A DNA stretch of 64,000 nt from NCBI GenBank assembly GCA_032128875.1, contig JAVLKG010000014.1:1-64000 (forward strand). The letters run 5' to 3'. Position numbers and translations under genes: made by a program. The DNA comes from Candidatus Melainabacteria bacterium 17Bon1m (GTDB lineage Bacteria; Cyanobacteriota; Vampirovibrionia; Obscuribacterales; Obscuribacteraceae). This document shows positions 1-8,985 of this stretch, piece after piece (position 1 is the first letter of the stretch; the number at the start of each line of letters is the position of its first letter). Below the pieces are notes generated by a model. The model saw only the letters and a program-made list of their open reading frames with translations. It did not search any database and was not told the origin of the DNA.

Positions 1-157
1 CCCGAGGATTTGTCATCGTTTCTGCCGTGGAAAACAATCGAACCCGACCAGCTCCGCATGGTTCACTGAGGTCATACCAACTGACCAAGCTTTTACTACA
101 CTCGATAAAATATGCCCAACTAATTGCATTAGTATCAGTCAAAAATTTCCCATTTTC

Positions 158-2155
158 TCAGTTGGAAATTGCAGTTTGATCTTGCTTTTTGCTCAGGATT
201 TGTTGTGCTTTCGCATAGATTTTTTCTGCTTCTGCCGCGCGTCCTGTTTTGCGCATAAGCTTCGCCTGGCTGGAAAGCGCATCGGCTATGTCTGTGTGAT
301 CTGCAGGCAAATTGCCTTGCCGCAAATTGAGTGCTTTCGTGACCGGAGCTTCGGCTTCGGCGAACTTATCCTGGCGGAAGTAAATTTCGCCTAGCATGCT
401 GAGCGCATCTGCCAGTCGCAACGGCTCCGGTATATCTGCATTTTCCAGCACCCAGACCACTCTTCGCATGAATGGTTCTGCTTGGTTGAATTTCCCTTGT
501 ACGCAAAGAACCGCTGCTAGATTGGTTAAATCGGTAGTCAGCTCGATATTGTTTGGTCCGAGTTCGTTAAGGCGATTGACTAAGATCCGCTCGTAGACTT
601 GCTGCGCTTCGACGTAGTTGCCCTGGTCGCAATAGCTTTGTGCAAGGCGAACGAATGCATTCGCCAGCGCCGTTTTTTGATCGGCGGCTTCTTCGTCTTC
701 TTCGTTTTCATCCGGTTTTTGACCGGTGACACTTTGTTTTACCAGGTTGGCCAACTGCATAGCTTTGGCATCTTCTGGCAAAATTGTTTCGCTGAATTTC
801 CGTCGCTTTTCCACATCGACTTTCAGCTCTTGTTGCTTATTGACCGGAATTGCGCTTTCAAGCTCATCTTCGACTGTCGGCAGTGAAGGATTTTCCGAAA
901 CCAATTCAGGAATTGCCGCAGCCTCACCGTCCATGCGCAACCGCTTGTTCGGGCTCCAGCCGAGTTCTTTCACTGCCTGGTCGAAATTGATTTTCTTATT
1001 CTGCCTGTGGTGTAGGCAATAGTCGAGAGCCGCTACAGCATCATCTTGTGAAATCCAGCCTTTGGCGAGCAATTGATAGCAGCGCAGCGTCGCCTGCACG
1101 GTCGGCGCATCTGAATAACCCGTCAATACGAGCACCTTGCCGACTATTTGCGGACTCTTCGAACTCAGATCGAAAGCCGCTTGAATGTCTTCCTGGTTTA
1201 CGACGCGCGCCAGGGTCAACAGCTTTTCGTATGAGAGTGACGGTTTGATATCGGGACGCTCTACTTTCGCGCTTTCCATCGCCTCTTCGAGCGAAATCTT
1301 CGACTCGTGAATTTGTCCAAGACATTCGGCTGCGTTGAGCGCATCCAACTGGCTTTCGTCGACAAGCTTTTGCAACTTGAGCGCAGCTTCGAGAAGGTCG
1401 CTTGTGATGAGCGAGCGGTTAATGAGCACATTGCCGATGGGCTGCTGGTTTACGAGCCCCCACTCTAGCGCGTTCATCACATCGGTTTCGGTCAAAACAC
1501 CGGACAAGACCAGCATTTCTCCCAGCCTGATGCCGCGCCGCCTCGGTCCTTCCGTTTGGGTTTTCTCTGCAACGTTCCCGTCTGAATTACTTGACTGCAC
1601 GCCGGCTGCCAATCGAACAGCGTTGACCGCTTCTTCGCGTGTGAGCATCTCGTCCCGCAGCCTGACTTGAATATCAAGCACTGCATTGAGAACAGCATCT
1701 GTCATGACTTGATGCAAGACCAGCATGCGGCCAAGCGGAAGTCCGGTTTGCAAACTCTGCTCCATCGCTTTGGAAAGCTGTTCCCACCGCAACACACCTG
1801 CCTCGAGAAGCAGTTCGCCCAGGCGACCGGTGGGCGCTTTTCTCGCTGGCGCTTCCTCGTGATTATCGAGAACCTCGCTGAAAGTGGAGCCCATTTTGAA
1901 AGCAATCTTCAAGCACCGAATCGCCAGATTGAAGTCTATAGATTTGTCGCGAATCATCGACTGCGCGAGCAACACCGACTGCAAATCGCGCGGTGTCAGA
2001 AATCCGCACATAACCAAAATTTGTCCGATCTGCAAGCGTTTGCCCTTGGAATGGCGAATTGCCTCTTGCAACTGATCTTGAGTGAGCATGCCCGCCTGCA
2101 GGCAAATTTCACCGAGACGAATATTTGTGTTTGGTCTGCGAAATACTGATGTCAC
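158..2155 (-). CDS. Tandem MshEN-like (c-di-GMP-binding motif) repeat protein with C-terminal TPRs
   Basis: Three RLGxxLxxxG...xLGxxL paired motifs (RLGEICLQAG, RLGELLLEAG, RLGEMLVLSG) plus a degenerate fourth; C-terminal TPRs (LAQSYCDQGNYVEA, LGEIYFRQDKFAEA). Start placed at GTG 2155 after AGGA; the ORF-track ATG at 2224 lies inside a REP. Confidence 0.8.
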   Translation of the reverse strand: MTSVFRRPNTNIRLGEICLQAGMLTQDQLQEAIRHSKGKRLQIGQILVMCGFLTPRDLQSVLLAQSMIRDKSIDFNLAIRCLKIAFKMGSTFSEVLDNHEEAPARKAPTGRLGELLLEAGVLRWEQLSKAMEQSLQTGLPLGRMLVLHQVMTDAVLNAVLDIQVRLRDEMLTREEAVNAVRLAAGVQSSNSDGNVAEKTQTEGPRRRGIRLGEMLVLSGVLTETDVMNALEWGLVNQQPIGNVLINRSLITSDLLEAALKLQKLVDESQLDALNAAECLGQIHESKISLEEAMESAKVERPDIKPSLSYEKLLTLARVVNQEDIQAAFDLSSKSPQIVGKVLVLTGYSDAPTVQATLRCYQLLAKGWISQDDAVAALDYCLHHRQNKKINFDQAVKELGWSPNKRLRMDGEAAAIPELVSENPSLPTVEDELESAIPVNKQQELKVDVEKRRKFSETILPEDAKAMQLANLVKQSVTGQKPDENEEDEEAADQKTALANAFVRLAQSYCDQGNYVEAQQVYERILVNRLNELGPNNIELTTDLTNLAAVLCVQGKFNQAEPFMRRVVWVLENADIPEPLRLADALSMLGEIYFRQDKFAEAEAPVTKALNLRQGNLPADHTDIADALSSQAKLMRKTGRAAEAEKIYAKAQQILSKKQDQTAISN

Positions 2156-2212
2156 GCTCGAATCCTGATCCTTTGCCTGCCAAAAACACCGCCGGCGCCT
2201 TTTGAGCCCAGT

Positions 2213-2235
2213 GGGCGCACGCATTGCGCTCCTAC
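2213..2235 (-). repeat. REP-like palindrome (GTAG class)
   Basis: Minus strand reads GTAG-GAGCGCA-ATGCG-TGCGCCC. Confidence 0.7.
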
Positions 2236-2748
2236 AAAGGCCACTTATTTCGCTTTACCCCGTAAGAGGGGCCGGGTATCGTCGCTAGCTGAGACATTGC
2301 GCACAAGGTGAAAGGAACCTTTCGTCTGGCTGATAAAGCTAGTTTTTGGGCGCACTTCTTGCGGGCTTTTTGCGGGGACTTTTAGGACGAATCGATTTCA
2401 TGTGAGACATTCGCAAACCTCGCACAACCCTTTCAAAACCGTCGCCAAATTTCGCCTGTTCGCGAAGATGATCGACTCGAAAAACATGAGCGATTTTGCG
2501 AAACAGTTAGCGTCGGTTCCGCGTGATTTGCGCAGGTTGCGATAGTAGTAAAAGCGTCAAAATAAGCGGGTTTTGAGCAGCGCGTCTGCGTTTGGTTTTG
2601 AGGGCATTTCCCGGTCTTTTGGCTTTGCGCTAGCTGGCTGAGTCTTTTAGAACCTCCAGGCGTTATCCTTTCGCGCGTCGATGAATTTCAACTTATTTGC
2701 TTTACCTGGTCATGAATTCTTAGCCTAAAGGTCTTTATCACCCTCATT

Positions 2749-2830
2749 GACCAGACCAAGGAAACTTTTTTCCACGTAACCCAAAAACCTACGCACCGCT
2801 AGACACGCGTACTGCGCTCGCCTTCTTGGA
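2749..2830 (+). repeat. 5' arm of a long-range imperfect inverted repeat enclosing the M28 gene
   Basis: 2792-2803 pairs with 4186-4197 (12/12); 2802-2811 with 4174-4183 (10/10, sharing 2 nt with the previous block); 2773-2782 with 4206-4215 (one G-U); colinear 4-5 bp blocks on both sides. Confidence 0.85.
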
Positions 2831-2941
2831 GAGCGATGGGTTGGAACGGTCATGAGATTCGCAACTGTAACCATCTAACTCACTGTTCTTCCGACGACCG
2901 TTCGCAAAGGTCCCGGAAAGTTCAGCGAAAGGAGAACAACT

Positions 2942-4162
2942 ATGAGTCTTCCCGTAATTCTCTCGATTCTGGGACTCATTGCGCTTGCGGTCGTGCTCGT
3001 TCGCATGGCTTTGCGCAAGGATCCCAATGCCAATTCGCACCAGGGTCACAACCATGGCACCGGCGACGGTCACAACCATGGCGACGCTGGCTGCGGTTGC
3101 GGTCACGAGGGCGGCGACGAAGCCAACCTCAAGGCAGACGCCAACGAGTTCCACGCCGTTCACCATGGCAAGGACACCCGCGGCGGCTGCAAGTTCGATC
3201 CGGCTGAAGAGAAGCGTGCGCGCTTCCTGCCGAAGCCCAAGATCGACACCAGCAACCTGCCCGCCCCGGACAAGCGCATCGTCGCTGCTCACCAGGGCGT
3301 CACCATCCCGGTCATCACCAACCACCTCAACATCCTCTCGGGTGAAGTGGCGTCGGTGATCCGCGGCAAGAGCGTGACCATCAAGTCGCGCAACAGCTAC
3401 AGCAAGGACCTCGAGCTGGCGCTGTCCTACGTCGAGGACTACTACAAGTCCCTCGGCATCTCTGTCAAGCGCGTTCCCTACCAGGTTCGCGGCAAGACGT
3501 ACTACAACATCGAGGCTGAGATCCTCGGCACGACCGACCCCAAGAAGGTCGTCATCGTGTCCGGGCACCTCGACTCGACCGTTGGCAGCCCGTGGACCGT
3601 GGAGAACGTCGCTCCCGGCGCCGATGACGATGCTTCCGGCACCGTCGGCGTCATGGAAGTCGCTCGCGCTCTGAAGGACCACAAGCTGGGCTACACGATC
3701 CGCTTCGTCCACTTCACGGGCGAAGAGCAGGGTCTGTACGGCAGCTACAAGTACAGCGATCAGTGCGCCGCGGCGGGCACCGACATCGTCGGCGTCTTCC
3801 AGATGGACATGATCGGCTACTGCGGCAAGCCGGGCAACCGCGTCGACATCCACGACGGCGAGGACCGCAACGGTTCTCACGACATCGTGGTGGCGCTGGT
3901 TCGCGCGGCGGCTCAGTACAAGCTGGACTTGAACGTTGTCGACACGCACAATCACGCGGTCGACAACCGGTCTGACCACGCCGGGTTCCAGGACCACGGC
4001 TGGAAGGCTGTGCTGATCAGCATCGAGTTCACCGACGACGGCTTCGACCCGAACTACCACACGCGCAACGACAGGGTTTCTGCCCTGAACCTGCCGTACA
4101 TGGTGGAAATCATTCGGATGACCATCGCGGCGGTCTCGGACTACGCCAAGATCCAGAACTAG
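2942..4162 (+). CDS. M28 family zinc aminopeptidase with N-terminal membrane anchor and His/Cys-rich linker
   Basis: SGHLDS, PGADDDASG, FTGEEQGLYGS, QMDMIG, RSDH and PNYHT motifs; AAGGAG SD upstream. Confidence 0.92.
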   Translation: MSLPVILSILGLIALAVVLVRMALRKDPNANSHQGHNHGTGDGHNHGDAGCGCGHEGGDEANLKADANEFHAVHHGKDTRGGCKFDPAEEKRARFLPKPKIDTSNLPAPDKRIVAAHQGVTIPVITNHLNILSGEVASVIRGKSVTIKSRNSYSKDLELALSYVEDYYKSLGISVKRVPYQVRGKTYYNIEAEILGTTDPKKVVIVSGHLDSTVGSPWTVENVAPGADDDASGTVGVMEVARALKDHKLGYTIRFVHFTGEEQGLYGSYKYSDQCAAAGTDIVGVFQMDMIGYCGKPGNRVDIHDGEDRNGSHDIVVALVRAAAQYKLDLNVVDTHNHAVDNRSDHAGFQDHGWKAVLISIEFTDDGFDPNYHTRNDRVSALNLPYMVEIIRMTIAAVSDYAKIQN

Positions 4163-4230
4163 GCAATCGCAAATACGCGTGTCGTTCTAGCGGTGCGACA
4201 AGTGCGGGTTGCGTGACCCTTGCCTGGATC
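4152..4230 (+). repeat. 3' arm of the long-range inverted repeat enclosing the M28 gene
   Basis: Reverse complement aligns colinearly with 2749-2830; arm overlaps the TAG stop. Confidence 0.85.
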
Positions 4231-4240
4231 GAAATTAGTT

Positions 4241-4333
4241 CTCGGGTCGAGGGAGCGAAGCAGGGGCAACTCTGTTTTTGCTCTCTCGGCTCGAGGCTGA
4301 TTTCACTCAAGCAGCCTCCGGGCTGTTTGTTTT
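4241..4333 (+). terminator. Long G-U-rich hairpin plus second hairpin and U-rich tail; probable 3' end of the M28 transcript
   Basis: ctcgggtcgagggagcgaagcag / ctgtttttgctctctcggctcgag (4241-4295); gaggctg / cagcctc (4293-4318); then tgtttgtttt. Confidence 0.55.
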
Positions 4334-4822
4334 AAAACTGGTTCTATGATAGACGATAGTTGGTTGGGCTGCGCACAGCCGGAACATCTTAAAAATGGCA
4401 TATTTATACGATTGGTGATAGTAGCCTGCGCCAGTTTAGGGCGATGTATATTTTTCGTGGACGACTTAGCTGATGAAAAGACACGCGTTAGCAGGCTTAA
4501 ATCACGAAAGTTTTCCGCCGCTCCAACACCGTTATACCCTTGTCAAAATTGCACATGAGAGTACGCTGAAATCACTCAAGTAAACTCTGAAATTCCCGTT
4601 TGCTTCACCACCGAATTCCTTGGGAAGGTTTGTGAGATTCAGGCTTGTGTCTGTCCGAACTAAAGCAGTTCAAAGACCAGGTTATAACACCCGCAAAACT
4701 GAAATCAAGGAAACGAACTACAAGAAAGTCTACTGGAAAAAGGTCAGAACAAGACTCGAATCGAGCCCCTTTTTGGGGTATGCGAAAGGGAGATACGCTC
4801 TCCTCTGTGTCAGGGCCGCACC

Positions 4823-6397
4823 CTACGATTTTTCTTCGTGGTATTCCATCTCGGTGTTAACGTCCCAAATGTTGTCTTTGGACGTTATGCCCGCGGCGAT
4901 GTTGTCAACAGCTGTCATAGCGGTCAGCATTGAGTGGTCCTGGTTGTTGTATTTGTGCATGCCATTGCGCCCGACGAGGAAAAGATTTTCGTACCTGTCG
5001 ATATAGCGGCGCAAGGTGTCGAACTCGTCGTATGTGCCGAAGTAGCCCGGATACGTCTTGGGCATGCGAATAACCATCGCATCAATTACTTCACTCTTGT
5101 CGATAATGCCTATCTTGTCTAGCTCTTCGCCTGCCAGCTTGATGATTTGTTCGTCAGTCATCGCCCAGATTGGGTCAGTGCAATAGCAGAAGTATTCGCA
5201 CCCAATCCAGACTTTCGAGTGGTCGGCGACCATGCCCGGCCCCCAGTTGTTCCACACTTGCATGCGCCCAACCAGAACATCTGATTCTTGGATGTAAATC
5301 CAGTTGTCCTTGATGAGTTGTTTGCCGGTTGGCGTATCGTCGCTGACTTTGAGCTTGTTGACGAGCAGACCGACTTCAATAAAGTCTCGATAGACAAGTC
5401 CATCGCTGATTCGTTTGATCTCTGCCGGTGCCGGTTCTGAGAATGCGTTTACCAGCTCTTTAACGGGCATCGAAGAGAAGAAGTAATCGCCAGTAATTGT
5501 CTGGCGCTCGCCGCTTTTCGAATTGACGACTTCGATCGATTTGACTCTGTTTCCTTCTACGTTGATGCGGTCGACAGAAAGGTTGTTGTTGAATTCCCCA
5601 CCCATCGCTCTTACTTTGTCTGCTGCGATTTCCCACATCTGACCAGCGCCTAATTTTGGAAATAGAAACTGCTCAACCAATGAAGTTTCCGTGCCTTTTT
5701 GCCGAATGTCCGCGCCGGATGAAACTAGCTGTTTTGCGGCATGAGCGAGGGCTTTCATGATGTTCAAACCCTTGATGCGCTGAGCGCCCCAAGCTGCGCT
5801 GATCTCGTTGCATGGCGTGCCCCAGACCTTCTCCGTGTAGTCCTTGAAAAATGTCAAATAAAGCTCGCGTCCGAAACGGTTGATTAGGAAGTGTTCTAGA
5901 TTGGTTTCCGGTTTGATAGGAAAAGCCATCGCTTTCAGGTAACTGAAGCCGATGCGCATCATGCGTGGTATTCCAAGGTTGAAAACAGTTTGAGCCTTGA
6001 GGCTGATTGGATAATCAAAGAATTTGCGCAGGTAATAGATGCGCGTGAGGCGCTCTATTGTGAGCATGACGCGGTCGTCATCAGCTTTTGCGCCGGGACC
6101 TTTCGCTTCGATTGTGCGTGACTGATTGTGATACGTGATTTCGGTAGCGCCGCCGTTGCTTTCGGCAAGCGGGATCATGCTCATCCACCAGTCCATGACA
6201 CGGTCAGATTTTGAGAAAAATCTGTGCGGCCCGATGTCGATGCGATTGCCCTTGTAATTGACCGTGCGGGCAAGACCACCGATTACATCATCCTTCTCAA
6301 TCAAAACAGGCTTGACGTCCGTTCTGGTCGCCAATTCGTAAGCAGCTGTTATTCCTGCGGGGCCTGCGCCGATGATGACGGCGACTTTGTCTGGCAT
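4823..6397 (-). CDS. FAD-dependent oxidoreductase (protoporphyrinogen oxidase / UDP-galactopyranose mutase-like)
   Basis: IIGAGPAG Rossmann motif, [31 protein letters not shown]. Confidence 0.85.
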   Translation of the reverse strand: MPDKVAVIIGAGPAGITAAYELATRTDVKPVLIEKDDVIGGLARTVNYKGNRIDIGPHRFFSKSDRVMDWWMSMIPLAESNGGATEITYHNQSRTIEAKGPGAKADDDRVMLTIERLTRIYYLRKFFDYPISLKAQTVFNLGIPRMMRIGFSYLKAMAFPIKPETNLEHFLINRFGRELYLTFFKDYTEKVWGTPCNEISAAWGAQRIKGLNIMKALAHAAKQLVSSGADIRQKGTETSLVEQFLFPKLGAGQMWEIAADKVRAMGGEFNNNLSVDRINVEGNRVKSIEVVNSKSGERQTITGDYFFSSMPVKELVNAFSEPAPAEIKRISDGLVYRDFIEVGLLVNKLKVSDDTPTGKQLIKDNWIYIQESDVLVGRMQVWNNWGPGMVADHSKVWIGCEYFCYCTDPIWAMTDEQIIKLAGEELDKIGIIDKSEVIDAMVIRMPKTYPGYFGTYDEFDTLRRYIDRYENLFLVGRNGMHKYNNQDHSMLTAMTAVDNIAAGITSKDNIWDVNTEMEYHEEKS

Positions 6398-6549
6398 TGG
6401 GGAGGGTCCTTAGTAATCGGTTGCCAGTAGCTCTGGGGAGCTCGTATGGCGAACTTATCATATCGGCCGGCGAAAGTTGCCGACAACAACTATGTGCCCC
6501 GGTTGCGCCGAGGTCTCGCGGCTTCTCTGTATGTTAACAGGCGGCGCTC

Positions 6550-8148
6550 TCAATTGGCAGGGGCGTTTGCTTTTGCCTGATTTCGCGCGTAAATCACTGA
6601 CCCTTTATCGGAATATAGAAGTTTCCACGCGGGGTCTTTCGATAGCTTCTCCGGCAGTTTTGTCTTGGGTGAGATGAAAACCCAGTCAATCTTGTAACGG
6701 TCGAGCAATTGGTCGCAACTGGGATCGTTGTTGACGATGTGCCAATAATCTTGAACGATGTCTTTGCCATACAGGTTGTAACGCGGATCAACGAAAACTC
6801 GAGGGTTCTCCTTCATTTTGTAGATCATCGTCGCGCCGAAATGCGGGTCATTGAGCATGTTGCCACTAGGTTTGTTTTTCTCGATGTATTCAATTGCATC
6901 GAATGGCGGAGAGAAAGCCGCGCTAAACTGTGGCACCTGCGGCGCTACTGCGAAAGTGCAAAGGTAAACACCAATGCACATGCTAATAATGCAGAGCAGC
7001 GGCCATGCTGGTTTGAATGGGTCTGTGAGTTCTGCGAGTTTTGAATGTGGTTGTTCGTTCCACGCCTGCTGCTCCTCCGAGAGCATATGCGCGATACGCG
7101 TGCGACCTGTAGCTAGGAATAATCCGCCAATCGGAATGGAACGGACAGCTTTGACACCACCTATGATACCGAGCGGAATCAGCCAGCGGAAGAATAGATC
7201 GCCTTGCTTGGGTGGAAGCTTCCAGACTCGAATAAGGTCTTTTATGCCGGTAAAGACCAGGATGTAAAACGGGATAAAGAGCGGGTTCGTGGCATTGCCG
7301 GGTTTTAGCGGTTGCATGTCATTGACTGTTTCGTTGAACGAACCGAATGTGATCGGCAAATATGTCCATTGAAGGAAGCCATATGGGTTAATCAAGCTAG
7401 CGAGGAAACAAACTCCAATTGCGATGGCGACCGTTAAATTGAATGGTTTGTTTTTCAAGCCAAAGATAAAACGTTCTACAAGCTGACAAGTAAAGTAAAA
7501 GCCAGGGATAAGTATGCCGAGTATGAAAAGTGTGTGTGTATTCGTCCATGCGCACATGATCACAGCGAGCAAAGCAATGAAATCCCAACGTATCTTGGTA
7601 TTGCTTGCAGTGGCGATCTGAATGCGTACCATGATTTCCATTATCGCTGCAGTGAAGAAGCAGGAGAATATTTCAGGACGGACGCTCAAATGGCACATTG
7701 ATGCAAGCAGCGTTAATGCGACAATGCGCATAGCTTTGCCACCCTTTAAGCCGCAGAGTGCTGCAATTCGATAAGGAATGACAACAAAAGTCACGCACGA
7801 AATAATGCCGTCGAAAAGTAAGAGTGCAGTAAGACCGAGGTGTTTTTCAATTGAATAGAAGATGACCTCTGTCAGCCATTTTTCGATTACATAGGGATTT
7901 GGATAAAATGGTGTCGTCCATGAAAACGGGTCGCTCGCTGGAATTTGTCCATGTTCGACAATCCAACGACCTTGACCAAGCAGAAATGCAATGTCCGGCT
8001 CTTTGAAAACGACGCCTGTTATGCAGATGCCGTAGAACATCAAGAGCATCAGGAAGGAAAGAACCGCAATTTGCCCGACAAGTTTAAGGAAGCCCTGCTC
8101 GGCAGCAGCCGTATTTGCTTGGTTTTGATTTTCAGCGGAATCTGTCAT
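6550..8148 (-). CDS. Polytopic membrane protein, GT-C glycosyltransferase-like
   Basis: Many hydrophobic segments; GRWIVEHGQIPASDPFSWT, VRPEIFS, WTNTH, LINPYG, VFVDPR motifs. Confidence 0.7.
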   Translation of the reverse strand: MTDSAENQNQANTAAAEQGFLKLVGQIAVLSFLMLLMFYGICITGVVFKEPDIAFLLGQGRWIVEHGQIPASDPFSWTTPFYPNPYVIEKWLTEVIFYSIEKHLGLTALLLFDGIISCVTFVVIPYRIAALCGLKGGKAMRIVALTLLASMCHLSVRPEIFSCFFTAAIMEIMVRIQIATASNTKIRWDFIALLAVIMCAWTNTHTLFILGILIPGFYFTCQLVERFIFGLKNKPFNLTVAIAIGVCFLASLINPYGFLQWTYLPITFGSFNETVNDMQPLKPGNATNPLFIPFYILVFTGIKDLIRVWKLPPKQGDLFFRWLIPLGIIGGVKAVRSIPIGGLFLATGRTRIAHMLSEEQQAWNEQPHSKLAELTDPFKPAWPLLCIISMCIGVYLCTFAVAPQVPQFSAAFSPPFDAIEYIEKNKPSGNMLNDPHFGATMIYKMKENPRVFVDPRYNLYGKDIVQDYWHIVNNDPSCDQLLDRYKIDWVFISPKTKLPEKLSKDPAWKLLYSDKGSVIYARNQAKANAPAN

Positions 8149-8271
8149 GCCTGAAGCACTGCCGGGGACAATCTAAGATAGCAGGAAATTGCTAAGATTC
8201 TCCAAGAGCAGACAGTTCCACCTAAAGCAACCCATATCACCAATAGCAACCGTTTCACCTTTCACTCGACC

Positions 8272-8961
8272 ATGCGCGCACAGCAAAACATTCAAAACCA
8301 AGAGGTAAATTTTCGACGACTGAATTTTGTGCAACCATTTCTTTCCCTTAGCATGGGTGCAGTTGTCGCAACTTTATTTTGCGTTTCTGCCTTTGCCCCT
8401 CCAGTTTTTTCAGCCGAGGGTGATTTGTTTCCCGCCAAAACCGGCAGTTCTTGGACATATAAAACAACAGATTGGAACGGAAAAGTCGGCGAAACAAAAT
8501 GCAGATTGATTGATTTGAAAACGTCAAAAAGTGGAGAAACTACTTTCAAAATCGTCTCAACAAATCCCTCGGAACAGAAAACAAAGTACTACACAAAGCA
8601 AGGTGACAAGACGCTTTTGACGCGTATCGACATTGCAGGGAAGACTCCATCGAGTGAGTCGTACTCTCCACCAAAACTTGTGATTGATACAAAGATCAAA
8701 ACAGATAGTCTTTGGCAGTGGAATAGCACCAAAAAAGATGTTGCGATACCGACCGAGCGCTGGCAAGTGTTTCCGAATGAAAAAGTGAAAGTGCCTGCAG
8801 GTGAATTCACTTGCGTGCGAGTTGGTGGACTTGTTTCTGGCGGTCCAAAGATGATGTATCAAACCAGATGGTTTGCTCCTAATGTAGGGCTAGTGAAGTC
8901 ACTGGATAATACCAATTCAACAAAAACGCTAGAAGAACTCAGCACGTATCACCTGAAGTAA
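8272..8961 (+). CDS. Exported beta-rich hypothetical protein
   Basis: Hydrophobic signal-like segment; FPxxxGxxWTY, EKVKVPAGEF and WFAPNVGLVK motifs. Start uncertain. Confidence 0.7.
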   Translation: MRAQQNIQNQEVNFRRLNFVQPFLSLSMGAVVATLFCVSAFAPPVFSAEGDLFPAKTGSSWTYKTTDWNGKVGETKCRLIDLKTSKSGETTFKIVSTNPSEQKTKYYTKQGDKTLLTRIDIAGKTPSSESYSPPKLVIDTKIKTDSLWQWNSTKKDVAIPTERWQVFPNEKVKVPAGEFTCVRVGGLVSGGPKMMYQTRWFAPNVGLVKSLDNTNSTKTLEELSTYHLK

Positions 8962-8985
8962 GGTGTGCCCCCGGAGTTATAGAAG

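Noticed and set aside
1-76. Possible start of a minus-strand gene at the window edge
   Set aside because: Too short to assign a frame or product.
2290-2411. Direct repeat tgagacatt upstream of the MshEN-like gene
   Set aside because: Only two 9-bp copies; not enough to call an operator.
2789-4060. 423-aa antisense ORF over the M28 gene
   Set aside because: Expected shadow of the biased codon use (scarce TTA/CTA/TCA on the sense strand); no recognisable motifs.
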